64,000 nucleotides of DNA from Candidatus Velthaea sp. (GCA_965214935.1 CBDCCS010000014.1:32001-96000); one strand, 5' to 3'. Positions 9,545 to 20,530 are shown, numbered from the stretch's first letter. Notes: a model not told the origin generated them from the letters alone. Numbers and translations: made by a program.

Positions 9545-10902
9545 TCGCGGCGCGCGGTCCGGTCGACCGGTTTTTCGGCATCGCGCGGGCCTGCTCGACG
9601 ATCCCGCGCGAAGTGCGCGCCGGCCTTACGACATTCTTGACGATGTCGTACGTGCTGTTCGTCAATCCGTTGATTCTCGGCAATGCCATTCCAATTCCGG
9701 ACGCGTTTCCAAAGTTGCTGGTCGTTACGGCGTTAGCGGCGGCAATCGGTTCGCTCTTGATGGCGTTCGTCGCGCGCTATCCGTTCGCGCAAGCACCCGG
9801 CATGGGGCTCAATGCGTACTTTGCCTACACCGTTGTTTTGGGGCAAAAGATTCCCTATCAGACCGCGCTCGGCGCCGTCTTCATCTCCGGCCTGATCTTC
9901 GTCATTCTGTCGCTGATCGGCGCCCGTCAAGCCGTCGTTCGCGCGATTCCCGCTCCGCTCAAGATTGCCGTGACCGCCGGTATCGGGATGTTCCTCGCAT
10001 TTCTAGGGCTGAAAAACGCGGGGTTAGTCGTTTCGAATCCGGCCACGTTCGTCGCGCTCGGCTCGTTGACGGCGGCACCCGCGTTAATTGCAATTTTCGG
10101 CTTCGCGGTGACGACCGTGCTGCTCGTTCGGCGCATCCCCGCAGCTATTGTGTACGGCATACTTGCATCCGCGCTGCTTGCAATCGTAACGCACGCCGCC
10201 GTCTATCCCGGACCGCACGAGACGCTGCTCCCCTTCGGCGGTTTACCCAACGGCGTCGTCGCTTTGCCGGTCTGGCCCGGCGGGCTCGTCGGTGCTTTGG
10301 ATCTGCGCGCCGCACTTGGGCTGGGCGTCGTAACCGTCGTGTTCACGTTTTTTCTCGTCGATTTCTTCGATGCAACCGGGACGCTGGTCGGTCTTGCGAG
10401 TCGCGCCGGTTTCCTGTCCGCCGACGGCGACATGCCGCGCGCCCGAGCAACTTTCACTTGCGACGGCTTAGCCGCGATGATCGGTGCCGCGCTTGGCACC
10501 AGCACGACGACGGCCTACATTGAGAGCGCCAGCGGCATCGAGGAAGGCGGCCGCACCGGTCTCACGGCGGCGACCGTCGGCGTGCTGTTCCTCGCAGCGA
10601 TGCTCCTGTGGCCGATTGCCGGTGCCATTCCGGCGGCCGCCACCGCGCCGGCGCTCATCGTCGTCGGCGCGCTCATGCTCGAGCGGATCCGCGAGATCGC
10701 ACTCGACGACTACGCCGTCGCCATTCCGGTCTTTTTAACGATCGTCGCGATGCCGCTTACGTTCTCGATTGCCAACGGTGTGAGCTTCGGCGTCATCAGC
10801 TATGCGGCACTTAAATTACTGAGCGGCCGAGGTCGCGAGGTCGATCCGCTGCTGTATGGCGTTGCCGTGCTGCTCGTTGCGAGATACGTTTGGCTCGGCT
10901 AA
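9541..10902 (+). CDS. NCS2/AzgA-family purine permease
   Basis: EVRAGLTTFLTMSY, APGMGLNAYF, DFFDATGTL and YIESASGIEEGGRTGL motifs. Confidence 0.92.
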   Translation: MIAARGPVDRFFGIARACSTIPREVRAGLTTFLTMSYVLFVNPLILGNAIPIPDAFPKLLVVTALAAAIGSLLMAFVARYPFAQAPGMGLNAYFAYTVVLGQKIPYQTALGAVFISGLIFVILSLIGARQAVVRAIPAPLKIAVTAGIGMFLAFLGLKNAGLVVSNPATFVALGSLTAAPALIAIFGFAVTTVLLVRRIPAAIVYGILASALLAIVTHAAVYPGPHETLLPFGGLPNGVVALPVWPGGLVGALDLRAALGLGVVTVVFTFFLVDFFDATGTLVGLASRAGFLSADGDMPRARATFTCDGLAAMIGAALGTSTTTAYIESASGIEEGGRTGLTAATVGVLFLAAMLLWPIAGAIPAAATAPALIVVGALMLERIREIALDDYAVAIPVFLTIVAMPLTFSIANGVSFGVISYAALKLLSGRGREVDPLLYGVAVLLVARYVWLG

Positions 10903-12248
10903 GCGCGCGTTACCCGCAACACGATCGGTCGCTCCGGCCGTAACGTTGCGTGGGCGCCGATTCCGACCGGCGCACCGCCGACCGCGCGAAGTTGCCAGCG
11001 ACCGGCGATGGTTGCAAGTACGAGCGTTCCCTCCATTCGCGCGAATGCCTCACCGATACACAGACGCGCGCCGCCGCCGAATGGAAAGTAGGCGAACGCG
11101 GGCGGCTTGATCGTCGCCCAGCGTTGCGGCTCGAATTCGTCCGGGCGCGTGAACACGGCGGGATTGCGATGACTCACGTACGGACTTAAGAGAATGCCGT
11201 CACCGGCGGCAATGTCGTATCCGCCGAGCCGGCAGCTCTCGCGTGCACGCCGGCCGAACGCCGATGCCGGCGGATATAGCCGCAACGCTTCGGCAAAGAC
11301 ATTGGCCGTCAGCGTTAAGTGCGGCAGATCGCTCGGGCACACGTCGCGCCCGGCGGCGACGCCGGCCACTTCGTTTGCAACGCGCTGCGCGAGTGCCGGA
11401 TCGCGAGCGAGCGCATACCACGACCACGTTAATGCGTTGGCCGTCGTTTCATGACCGGCGAGTAAAACCGTAACGAGCTCGGCGGCGATGGTTTCCGCTG
11501 CGAGCGGCGCGCCGTTCGCGTCGCGCGCGGCAAGCAGCAGCGTCAGCAGTGTTTGCGGGGCGCCGGATCCCGACCGTTCATCGATTGCGCGCTGCACGAT
11601 CGCGGCCATTGCACGGCGCGCTTGAGCGAGTTGCGCGTTGACCGGTAACGGTAATGCAAGCCGCACCTCATCCGCCCACGCCGGCAGCGCTTCGAGGACC
11701 GGGCCGAGCCAGGATACGATGCGCATGGCATCCGCAAGCGTTGCTTCGAGCGCTTCGGTCCGATTTCGCGTATCCGCACCAAGCAACGCGCGGCCCACGA
11801 TCGCCAGCGCAAGCCGTACCATCGCGGCTCCGATATCGATATGCTCGCCGTCGCGCCAGGTGCCTGAAGCGGCAAGCGTTTCTTCGACCATCGCGTTGCC
11901 GTAACTGACGATGCGCTGCGCGTGAAATGCCGGCTGCACCAAGCGGCGCTGTTCGCGATGCCGCGGTTCATCGACCGTGAGCATACTCGTGCCGAGTAGA
12001 TCGCTTAACACCGCAGCACCGTTGGCCTTGCCGAAACGATGTTGCTGAACGACGAGCACCTCACGCACGAGTTCGGGCGCCGTTACGAGGTGTAAGCGCC
12101 GGCCCAAAATCGTGAACGATGCAATCGGTCCGTAACGCGCTGAAACGTGTTGAAAATAGTTTAGTGTCCGGGCGAACGAACCGCCGCCGAAAAAGCGCAA
12201 GACGTCAAGGCCGCGCGGTCCGGGCGGCACGCGCCGGGCGTGCGTCAT
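10899..12248 (-). CDS. Cytochrome P450
   Basis: AGHETT I-helix, EALR and FGGGARLCIG heme motif; likely start ATG 12248. Confidence 0.92.
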   Translation of the reverse strand: MTHARRVPPGPRGLDVLRFFGGGSFARTLNYFQHVSARYGPIASFTILGRRLHLVTAPELVREVLVVQQHRFGKANGAAVLSDLLGTSMLTVDEPRHREQRRLVQPAFHAQRIVSYGNAMVEETLAASGTWRDGEHIDIGAAMVRLALAIVGRALLGADTRNRTEALEATLADAMRIVSWLGPVLEALPAWADEVRLALPLPVNAQLAQARRAMAAIVQRAIDERSGSGAPQTLLTLLLAARDANGAPLAAETIAAELVTVLLAGHETTANALTWSWYALARDPALAQRVANEVAGVAAGRDVCPSDLPHLTLTANVFAEALRLYPPASAFGRRARESCRLGGYDIAAGDGILLSPYVSHRNPAVFTRPDEFEPQRWATIKPPAFAYFPFGGGARLCIGEAFARMEGTLVLATIAGRWQLRAVGGAPVGIGAHATLRPERPIVLRVTRA

Positions 12249-12319
12249 ACGACTGCATTCGACGCCGTTTCCCCGCGAACCGGCGCGTAGCCGGCAGCCG
12301 GCCGGGGAACGAACGGACA

Positions 12320-13255
12320 ATGACTGCAGCAACACCGCCTGCCACTTCCGCCGTTCCCAAGCGTCGCCTCGGTCGGACGAACGAGCATGTCTCGATGATC
12401 GGAATGGGCGGCTTCCACATCGGGCATCCCTATTTGCCTGATGACGACATGATCAAGCTGATGCATTCCGCGATCGATCGCGGTATCACGTTTCTCGATA
12501 ACGCGTGGGACTACAATTCGGGAATGAGCGAACTTCGCATGGGTCGCGCACTGAGCGTCTACGGCTATCGCGATCGTGTTTTCCTCATGACGAAGATCGA
12601 CGGCCGCACGAAAGAAGCATTCGACACGCAACTCGACGAGTCGCTCGCGCGGCTATTGACGGATCACCTCGATCTGGTTCAATTTCACGAGAACATTCGG
12701 CCCGACGACGCCGATCGGATCTTCGCGCCGGGCGGCGCATTCGAGGCCGCACTTGCCGCCAAGAAAGCCGGCAAGGTCCGCTTTATCGGATTCACCGGTC
12801 ACAAAGATCCGAACTATCACTTGCACATGCTGGACCTTGCAGCGCAGCATGATTTCACATTCGATACCGTGCAGATGCCGCTCAATATCTTTGACGCACA
12901 CTTTAATAGTTTCGAGAAGCTTGTTTTACCGGCCGCTCAAAAGCTCGACATGGGCATCTTAGCAATGAAGACGTTCGGCGATTCGAATCTGCTTGAAGCG
13001 GGCGTCGTCGACCCGATCGACATGCTGCACTACAGCATGAACTTACCGACCAGCGTGGTGATTACCGGGATCGACAAGCCCGACGTGCTCGATCAAGCCG
13101 TCAGCGCGGCAACGACGTTCGCGCCACTGACGCCCGACAAAGTCGCCGCCATTCTTGCCAAGAGCGCCGAGCTCGCGCGCGATGGTTCGTACGAGCGCTA
13201 TAAAACATCGCGGTTTTTTGATAGCACGTTTCAAAATCCAAGCTGGCTCGGCTAA
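12320..13255 (+). CDS. Aldo/keto reductase
   Basis: RRLGRT...GMGG, GITFLDNAWDY, FLMTK, GKVRFIGFTGH. Confidence 0.9.
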   Translation: MTAATPPATSAVPKRRLGRTNEHVSMIGMGGFHIGHPYLPDDDMIKLMHSAIDRGITFLDNAWDYNSGMSELRMGRALSVYGYRDRVFLMTKIDGRTKEAFDTQLDESLARLLTDHLDLVQFHENIRPDDADRIFAPGGAFEAALAAKKAGKVRFIGFTGHKDPNYHLHMLDLAAQHDFTFDTVQMPLNIFDAHFNSFEKLVLPAAQKLDMGILAMKTFGDSNLLEAGVVDPIDMLHYSMNLPTSVVITGIDKPDVLDQAVSAATTFAPLTPDKVAAILAKSAELARDGSYERYKTSRFFDSTFQNPSWLG

Positions 13256-13334
13256 GCGGCGCCGGGCACCGAAGCGCTCGGCACACGCCATACGGCCAAA
13301 GTCGGCCGCGGGCTGACGGCCGAAAGTTTTCCCG

Positions 13335-13574
13335 ATGGCAAGGCAACTGCTCTTCCCCGATGATGACGCAACCAAAGTGAAACCGGGAACGACCGCGTTA
13401 TCGATCGCAATCGCACTCGTTCCGGTCTTGGCCCTGACCCTCGGCATTCCGTTTGCCAATCGGATTGAACCGCGGATCGCGGGGCTGCCGTTTTTGCCGG
13501 TCTACATTGCGATCTGGATCGTGCTCACGCCGGCATTCATGTATGCGGTTTACCGCGTTGAAGGCCGGTCGTGA
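13335..13574 (+). CDS. DUF3311-like small membrane partner of SSS symporter
   Basis: PFANRIEPRIAGLPF motif, two TM segments, GTGA overlap with the symporter. Confidence 0.8.
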   Translation: MARQLLFPDDDATKVKPGTTALSIAIALVPVLALTLGIPFANRIEPRIAGLPFLPVYIAIWIVLTPAFMYAVYRVEGRS

Positions 13575-15064
13575 ACGCGCTGGTCGCAATCGGTACGATT
13601 GCCGGGGTGCTCGCCTGTACGCTCGGCCTCGGCGTCTTCGGCGTTCGGCGCGTCAAGATGAGTGCCGAGCAGTTTATCGTCGGCGGCCGATCCTTCGGTG
13701 CCGTGTTCTTGTGGCTACTGCTGGCCGGCGAGATCTATACGAGCTTCGCCTTTTTGGGCGCCGCCGGTTGGGCGTACGGTCGCGGAGCGCCGGCGTTCTA
13801 TATCTTGTGTTACGGCACTCTGGCGTATATTCTCTCGTACTTTTTGTTGCCGCCGATCTGGCGACTTTCGCGGCGGCATAATTTCCTCACCGGCCCCGAT
13901 TTCTTCGTGCATCAGTATCAAAGTCGCCGGTTGGGCGCATTGGTGGCGCTCGTCGGCTTCGTGTTCCTGATACCATATGCAACCTTGCAGCTTACCGGCG
14001 TGCAAGTTTTGCTCAGCATCGCCGGTTACGGCGCGCTGAATTCGCTTGTCGCGGTCGGCATCGCGTTTCTGCTCGTCGTTGCATTCGTGTTCGCGACCGG
14101 TCTCTGCGGCGCCGCTTGGGCCAGCGTCGTCAAAGACGTGCTCGTCGTTGCCGCCGTTATTTTCGCCGGCGTCGTGTTACCGATCCGTTTTTTCGGCTCG
14201 CCCGCAGCGGTGGTCGATCGTCTCCTCGTCCAGCATCCGCATTGGCTGACGCTAAGCGGCGATCTATCCGGCAACGGCCTCGTCTGGTTTATCTCGACGG
14301 TGATGCTGACGGCAATGGGCTTCTACATGTGGCCGCAAAGCTTAGCGGCCGTTTACAGTGCGAACAGCGAAGACACGTTGCGCCGCAATGCAATTGCGCT
14401 GCCGGTGTATCAACTGATGTTTTTGTTCGTCTATTTAGCCGGCTTCACGGCGCTGCTCGTACTGCCCGGACTCAAAGGACCCGCAGTCGATCAATCGTTC
14501 ATGCTTGTCGTTCAAAAGTATTTTTCGCCGCTCATCTTGGGCGGCGTTGCCGCAGCCGGATGCCTCGCGGGCCTCGTGCCCGCGTCCGTTCAAATGCTTG
14601 CTGCAGCCAGTATCGTTTCAAAGAACATCCTCGGCGATACGCTGGGCATTGCAAGAACGGAAGAACAACAAACGCGCGCCACTCGCATCCTCGTGCTCGT
14701 CGTTGCGCTGTTTGCATTCTTATTTTGGGTGTTTGCGAAGACGACGCTCGTCGGTCTGCTACTCATCTCCTATAACGGCATCACCCAGCTCTTCCCGGGC
14801 GTCGTGCTGTCGTTCGCGCGCGTTCGGCCGAGCGCCGCGGGCGTCGCTGCCGGCATCGTCACCGGCGTTGCGGCGCTGGCAGCGTTTGCCGTAACCGGCA
14901 CAAGTATCATCGGCGGCATCAACAGCGGTATCGTCGCACTCGCACTCAACTTCGTGGTGACAGCCGCCGTTGGTTATACGTTCGGCGTACGCGGCGGCGC
15001 ACTCGCGCATCAGCAGTCGGAGAGTCGTCGGCCGACGCGAACTCGCCGCGGCGAATCGGCGTAA
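13571..15064 (+). CDS. Sodium:solute symporter (YhjB-like)
   Basis: QFIVGGRSFG and GEIYTSFAFLG motifs; many TM helices. Confidence 0.88.
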   Translation: MNALVAIGTIAGVLACTLGLGVFGVRRVKMSAEQFIVGGRSFGAVFLWLLLAGEIYTSFAFLGAAGWAYGRGAPAFYILCYGTLAYILSYFLLPPIWRLSRRHNFLTGPDFFVHQYQSRRLGALVALVGFVFLIPYATLQLTGVQVLLSIAGYGALNSLVAVGIAFLLVVAFVFATGLCGAAWASVVKDVLVVAAVIFAGVVLPIRFFGSPAAVVDRLLVQHPHWLTLSGDLSGNGLVWFISTVMLTAMGFYMWPQSLAAVYSANSEDTLRRNAIALPVYQLMFLFVYLAGFTALLVLPGLKGPAVDQSFMLVVQKYFSPLILGGVAAAGCLAGLVPASVQMLAAASIVSKNILGDTLGIARTEEQQTRATRILVLVVALFAFLFWVFAKTTLVGLLLISYNGITQLFPGVVLSFARVRPSAAGVAAGIVTGVAALAAFAVTGTSIIGGINSGIVALALNFVVTAAVGYTFGVRGGALAHQQSESRRPTRTRRGESA

Positions 15065-15098
15065 AAACGAGCCGCTTGGAGAACGCCGACGCCGACGG

Positions 15099-15698
15099 TT
15101 ACGAGCGCAGCAGCGCCTGCGACTCGCGCACCATTGCAGCGAAATATGCGTGGACGCGACGGTCCGGTCCGAGTTCAGGATGGAACGACGTGCCCATCAC
15201 ATTGCGCTCGCGCACGAAGACACCGTGTTCCTGGTGCGTCGCAAGGACGTCGACATTCGGCCCGGCGCGTTCGATCCACGGCGCCCGGATGAAGATCGCC
15301 GGAAACGGCTCCGCTCCAAGCGCCGCAATATCGAGCGCAACTTCGGCCGAAGCGATCTGACGGCCGTACGCATTGCGGCGGACGGTGATATCGATGAGAT
15401 CGAGTGTTTCCTGTTCAATCCCCGCGACGTCGTGCGCGGCGACGATCATCCCCATGCACGTGCCCCACAGCGGCATTCCGGCGCGCACCCGCGCTTTGAT
15501 CGGCGCGCTCAAACCAAAGCGATGCAACAGCTTGATAACCGTCGTTGATTCGCCGCCGGGAATGATGAGCGCGTCGACGGCGTCGAGGTCGCGTTCGCTT
15601 TTGACCTCGACGGCCGGCGTTGCATTTGCGCGCAGTGCCGCAACGTGCTCGACGACATCGCCTTGCAGCGCCAAGACGCCGACGATCGGCTCGGGCAC
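15099..15698 (-). CDS. pdxT: PLP synthase glutaminase subunit
   Basis: GVLALQG, PGGEST, GTCMG, RRNAYGRQ, FIRAP, SFHPEL. Confidence 0.95.
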   Translation of the reverse strand: MPEPIVGVLALQGDVVEHVAALRANATPAVEVKSERDLDAVDALIIPGGESTTVIKLLHRFGLSAPIKARVRAGMPLWGTCMGMIVAAHDVAGIEQETLDLIDITVRRNAYGRQIASAEVALDIAALGAEPFPAIFIRAPWIERAGPNVDVLATHQEHGVFVRERNVMGTSFHPELGPDRRVHAYFAAMVRESQALLRS

Positions 15699-15708
15699 GT
15701 GCGGCGCG

Positions 15709-16611
15709 CTAGTTACCGCGCTGGGCTAAGAGTTGATGCTCGGCAAGTTGCCGGATGTCGAGCCCGTCCATCGCTTTCGCTTCTTCGGGGATCGAGCTGT
15801 GCGCGGCCAAGACGACGGCCGGGTCGTTCCAGTGGGTCGTTGCATCGACGATTGCGCGCGCAAACGCTCTCGAGTCGGTCGACTTGAAGATACCGCTACC
15901 GACGAAGACGCCTTCGCTGCCCATGGCCATCATGAGCGCAGCGTCGGCCGGCGTGGCGACGCCGCCGGCGCAAAACAGCACGACCGGCAACTTTTTGTGC
16001 TCGGCGACGTACTGCACGAGATCGAGCGGCGCACCAAGATCGCGGGCGCGCGTTACGAGTTCTTCCTTAGGCACCGCCGACAGTTCGGCGATCGCGTCCC
16101 GGATCGAACGCATGTGGCGCACCGCCTCGACGATGTTACCGCTACCGGCCTCGCCCTTGCTGCGAATCATCGCAGCGCCTTCGGCGATGCGGCGCAACGC
16201 TTCGCCCAAATCTTTAGCACCGTTGACGAACGGCACGCTATAGGCGTGCTTATCGAGATGGTACTTGTCGTCGGCCGGCGTCAAGACTTCGGACTCGTCG
16301 ATATAGTCGACGCCGAGGGCTTCGAGTTGACGGGCTTCGCCCATGTGCCCGATGCGGACTTTGGCCATGACCGGAATGGTAACGGCGTCCATGATGCGCT
16401 TGATCAACGCCGGATGGCTCATGCGGGCAACGCCGCCCTCACGCCGGATGTCGGCCGGTATTTTCTCGAGCGCCATCACCGCGACCGCCCCTGCCTCTTG
16501 CGCGATGACGGCTTGCTCGGGCGTAACGACGTCCATGATAACGCCGCCCTTGAGCATCTGCGCTAAGCCGCGCTTAACGGTTACGGTCCCAATCTGCTTA
16601 TCCACGATCAT
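15709..16611 (-). CDS. pdxS: PLP synthase lyase subunit
   Basis: [43 protein letters not shown]. Confidence 0.97.
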   Translation of the reverse strand: MIVDKQIGTVTVKRGLAQMLKGGVIMDVVTPEQAVIAQEAGAVAVMALEKIPADIRREGGVARMSHPALIKRIMDAVTIPVMAKVRIGHMGEARQLEALGVDYIDESEVLTPADDKYHLDKHAYSVPFVNGAKDLGEALRRIAEGAAMIRSKGEAGSGNIVEAVRHMRSIRDAIAELSAVPKEELVTRARDLGAPLDLVQYVAEHKKLPVVLFCAGGVATPADAALMMAMGSEGVFVGSGIFKSTDSRAFARAIVDATTHWNDPAVVLAAHSSIPEEAKAMDGLDIRQLAEHQLLAQRGN

Positions 16612-16705
16612 CCCTCATCTTCATCGGCGCCGGCGCACGCATAGCGCGCGGAACTCCCTCTATCATACCTCGCCGCCCTATGCGAACAATAGGAACAATG
16701 TCGGA

Positions 16706-17200
16706 CTACGGCGTTGTCGAGCTTGCCGGCACCGGGGTCACCGGAGGTATGCCTTGCGGGTACCCGTTCACATCCGGAGGTTCGGTATCGACTTCGTCCG
16801 GCGCGTGCGATGCAATTGGTATCGGCAATGCCGGCGACGTGTATAGAGGCCGCTTGTCGGGCGCGTCGGTTGCAACGGCGGCTTCCGGGGAGGGCGGTTC
16901 GAGCGTCGGATTCGGGGTGGGACGCGGCGTCGGCGTGGGCCGCGGCGTCGCCCGCGGGTCCGGAAATGCCGGATCCGTCGCGACGCTCACCACTTGTTCG
17001 TGTTTCCAGTTACGGGCGGCAATCGGATCGTCGCGCGACGGCGGAACCGGCGTCATGAGAAAGCTGGCCACGGTCGTGCGCTGCTCGGTGGCCTGCCGCA
17101 AGACCCGATCGCCCAAGCGCTGGCCGACCGCAATCGCGGCCAGCAAAAGTAAACCGCCGCCGATGAGCAGCAGCGACGTCGCCGGACGCCGGCTACGCAT
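16706..17200 (-). CDS. Hypothetical membrane-anchored Pro/Thr-rich protein
   Basis: N-terminal TM (LLLIGGGLLLLAAIAVG) and PT repeats; start ATG 17200 overlaps the galT-like stop. Confidence 0.6.
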   Translation of the reverse strand: MRSRRPATSLLLIGGGLLLLAAIAVGQRLGDRVLRQATEQRTTVASFLMTPVPPSRDDPIAARNWKHEQVVSVATDPAFPDPRATPRPTPTPRPTPNPTLEPPSPEAAVATDAPDKRPLYTSPALPIPIASHAPDEVDTEPPDVNGYPQGIPPVTPVPASSTTP

Positions 17201-18101
17201 CGATCGGTGCGCCCGCTGCCCGCAAGATTGCAGCTGCTGCCTGAGGTACCCGGCTGACCAAGAAGCCGCCGAAACCAAGCTCGAACCCGCCGACGTTTTC
17301 GGTGCGCGGCACAAGCTCGATTTCCCAATGCATGAGCGCTGATGCGCGAGCATCGTGCGGCGCGGACTGGACGATCATATTGAATGGGAAGCCTTCGCCA
17401 AGCGTGGCGGCAAGCCGTCTCAAGGCGTCGCGCGCGACGGCTGCGAGATGCGCGAGCTTCCGGGCTTCCGAGCGCGCAAAGGAACCGGCGTGTCGACGGG
17501 GCGCAATCCGCACCTCGAACGACATGCGTGACGCGTCCGGGACGTAAGCAAAAAACTCACTGTTCTGCGCCACGATCCGGCCGTCGCCGGCGGCAAGTGC
17601 CGCGCAGACGGAGCAGTCGGGCGTCAAGCGTTCCAGCCGCGTCGAGATCGAAAGTGGAACCGCCCGTAAGGCAACCACCTGCGAATGCGGGTGGGCGAGC
17701 GACGCGCCCGAACCCGGACCTGAATTTTTAAACAGCGCCACAAAAGCATATCCGTCGGCGTAACCCGTCGCTTCCCGCTCGCGGTAAACACCGAAAATTC
17801 GCTCGATCGCCGGTGGCTCAAGCGCCGTCCAGACGGCGTCGTGCGCGCGCAACTCGACGATGACTTCATGCCGCCCGTCCGGCTCCACCACCGCCGGGTA
17901 AATGTTGGCGAAAACCCGGCTGGACCAATTGACTCCCGGATCGGGCGTCAGCAGCGCCCCGGTAAGGGCTTCGTTACCCGGACAAAACGGACACTCGAGC
18001 GCAGACCCGTGCAGATCGCTTGGCCGTTCCGAGCGGTTGGGACCGAAAAACGATTCGGTCGCGCGCAAACGATCGGCACGGATCGGCCGCGCGACGGTCA
18101 T
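17193..18101 (-). CDS. galT: GalT-like hexose-1-phosphate nucleotidyltransferase
   Basis: CPFCPGNE, HEVIVE, GASLAHPHSQ (HPH active site), GGFELG. Confidence 0.75.
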   Translation of the reverse strand: MTVARPIRADRLRATESFFGPNRSERPSDLHGSALECPFCPGNEALTGALLTPDPGVNWSSRVFANIYPAVVEPDGRHEVIVELRAHDAVWTALEPPAIERIFGVYREREATGYADGYAFVALFKNSGPGSGASLAHPHSQVVALRAVPLSISTRLERLTPDCSVCAALAAGDGRIVAQNSEFFAYVPDASRMSFEVRIAPRRHAGSFARSEARKLAHLAAVARDALRRLAATLGEGFPFNMIVQSAPHDARASALMHWEIELVPRTENVGGFELGFGGFLVSRVPQAAAAILRAAGAPIDA

Positions 18102-20530
18102 GTGCTAACGGTCGCCGCGGGCGGCGAAGCCAACACCATCGCATCGACGAGCGCCGGGCGGCCGGACAGTACGAGTTCGGCAAGTTCGCCCGGTGCGAGC
18201 GTCCGGCGCACGTTCGAGCCGCGAAAATCAAGCGCGACGTGACGGATACGGTCGGCTTGATTGCACAAAAAAGCCCGCACGCCGCCGCTATCTTCAAAAA
18301 CGATCGCCGCAACGTCGACCGGCGATGTCGTCGCCTCGTCACTTACATCGCGACCGGCGTAATACACGCGATATGGTTCGTCGGCCGAAGCAAACGTCAT
18401 ATCGCCGATGATGCGCCGGCCGTCCGCGTCGATGACATAGCTGTTGAGGCGACCGCCCCAATGCACCCGGGCAGCAGCGGACCACTTCCAATCCGGCGGC
18501 AGCAACGGCGCGAAATGCGGCCGTCCACCGGTCCGATAACCGTCCAGCCCGCAAACGGTCTCGGCGACGGCCCACAAATACTTCGCACTCGTCCACGGCG
18601 AGAGATACATGCCGCGATTCGTCAACGAACCGCCGTCGAACCATTCACCGAATTGACCCGGCACCGTATTGCGCGGCGCGCCGGCTTCCATCGTTGCATA
18701 AACGGTTTCGAGCCAATGCGCGGCCTCGGTCAAGAAGCCGTTGCGCGCCAGCGCAACGACGAACCATAGGGTGAGGTCCGGCCACACGCCGCCGAGCAGC
18801 CCAAAACCATGCGAGGGAAAATACCAGGCATCGGCCGTCGATATCGTGCGCAAGCCGACCGCCGTCGTGAAATCCGCTTCCAGCAGTCGCCGCAAGATCG
18901 CTTTGCGTTGCTCGGCATCGGCGACGTTGAAAAGTACCGGGAAGACTTCGTCAGCCGTAAAGTTATCTTGGTAGTTGCCTTCGTTATCGTAATTGAGCAC
19001 GAAGGCGCAGCTGTCGCGATTGAACAGCTTGCTCATCATCGCTTCGCGCAATGCTTTGGCTTGGCGCGAGAAACGCTCCCAGGCAACGCGGTCGTCGACG
19101 ATCGCGGCCAGCATCGCCGCCGCTTCAACCGCGAAGCAGGCCTCGGCGTTGATCTCCGTTACCGCGCCGTCGAGCGTGTAGTACGGAATAATGTTGCGCC
19201 ATGACGTGATCCCGAACATGTCGACGCCGGCGGCTTTGCAAAAGACGAGTCCGTTCACGTCGCGCTGACTCAATAAATAGTCGGTAATCTTGACGACGAG
19301 CGGAAACACACCACGCAGCCATTGGTCATCGAGCGTCGCGTTGTAATGATGCAAAATTGCGATTACGTGCAGCGGCGTATCATCGTTGATGTTGAGTTCG
19401 TAACTCGTACTTTTCCCGTCGACGCCGCGTACGTATTCAACGACCTGACCGCTCGGTTCGACAAACCGGTTGAACAACTCGATGGCGTCGCGACTGAAGC
19501 GCGGTAAGAAATAATCGTAGCCGTGAACGAACCATGACGTATCGCGCGAGACCAGGATATCGGACGGCGGCGAATTGGTCGAACCCCAGCCTTGCGGATA
19601 TTGCTTGATAACGCGCAGCATGTTGCATTTCGCCCAGACAACGCCGCGATTGATGACCGGCGACGGCGTCATCAATCGTGCATCGGCAAGCCGTAGCGCA
19701 TAATAGCGATGCGTTTCGCGCAGTGCCGCCTCGTCATGCAACAGCTGCTCGAGCGCAGGCTTCGCCTGCGCATCGCCGTCTTTGTTGAAAACGACGGCCA
19801 GACGCAGCGCTTCACGGCCGCCCGGCGCGAGCGTCAACCGGTATTCAAGTGCACCGAAGATCCGGCGATTGACGAATTCGGCAAGCTGCGGCGTCACTTC
19901 ACCCAGCGACAAATCGGCATGCAACCGTCCGGCGAGCATCGCTTGGGTGATCGTCTGCTCGCGCAATGCAACGATCACGGCGCTCGGTTCGCGCGAACCG
20001 CCCCACCAGCGCGAATAGCCTGAATCTTCGCCGAACGAGCGAATGTACGCACCTGAAACCGACGCCCGGACGTGCGTTTCGGGTTCACCGTAGAAACGCT
20101 GTCCGATCAGCAGCGCCCACGGAAAAATTCGCACTTCTTGCGCGTCGGTACCGCGATTCGACAAATTGATATCGATGACGAAACTGACCAGCCGGTCATG
20201 CTGTGGGCCATGCGGCACAAAGAACGTCTCGGTGACGTCGACGGTATCGTAGAGACCAAATTCACTGATCTGCGCGTACGGCAAAAAGGTAAACGTACGC
20301 GAAATTTGATGCGGCAGTAACGTCGATGCTTCGCCTAAGCGATAGGCAATTTGATGCGCGCCGAAGATAATGCGATCCGTGTCGGCGTCCCACAGACCGC
20401 GAATACCGCCCTTGGGCGTCGACGTTGCAAAGCTTTTGAAATTGCCGAGGGTCAAGCCGAACGGCGTTTGCGCCTCCGGCAAGACATACGCACAATACTC
20501 GTTGTGCTGCGCATCGTAACTCGGACCCAT
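18098..20530 (-). CDS. (alpha/alpha)6 glycoside hydrolase, glycogen-debranching/amylo-alpha-1,6-glucosidase-like
   Basis: SRDTSW, GLRTIS and GGVWP motifs typical of GDE-like six-hairpin GHs; likely start ATG 20530. Confidence 0.65.
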   Translation of the reverse strand: MGPSYDAQHNEYCAYVLPEAQTPFGLTLGNFKSFATSTPKGGIRGLWDADTDRIIFGAHQIAYRLGEASTLLPHQISRTFTFLPYAQISEFGLYDTVDVTETFFVPHGPQHDRLVSFVIDINLSNRGTDAQEVRIFPWALLIGQRFYGEPETHVRASVSGAYIRSFGEDSGYSRWWGGSREPSAVIVALREQTITQAMLAGRLHADLSLGEVTPQLAEFVNRRIFGALEYRLTLAPGGREALRLAVVFNKDGDAQAKPALEQLLHDEAALRETHRYYALRLADARLMTPSPVINRGVVWAKCNMLRVIKQYPQGWGSTNSPPSDILVSRDTSWFVHGYDYFLPRFSRDAIELFNRFVEPSGQVVEYVRGVDGKSTSYELNINDDTPLHVIAILHHYNATLDDQWLRGVFPLVVKITDYLLSQRDVNGLVFCKAAGVDMFGITSWRNIIPYYTLDGAVTEINAEACFAVEAAAMLAAIVDDRVAWERFSRQAKALREAMMSKLFNRDSCAFVLNYDNEGNYQDNFTADEVFPVLFNVADAEQRKAILRRLLEADFTTAVGLRTISTADAWYFPSHGFGLLGGVWPDLTLWFVVALARNGFLTEAAHWLETVYATMEAGAPRNTVPGQFGEWFDGGSLTNRGMYLSPWTSAKYLWAVAETVCGLDGYRTGGRPHFAPLLPPDWKWSAAARVHWGGRLNSYVIDADGRRIIGDMTFASADEPYRVYYAGRDVSDEATTSPVDVAAIVFEDSGGVRAFLCNQADRIRHVALDFRGSNVRRTLAPGELAELVLSGRPALVDAMVLASPPAATVST

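Noticed and set aside
5724..12248. IPNS-like oxygenase plus P450 as a secondary-metabolite cluster
   Set aside because: No NRPS/PKS/RiPP core; the P450 is convergent and the context points to purine uptake
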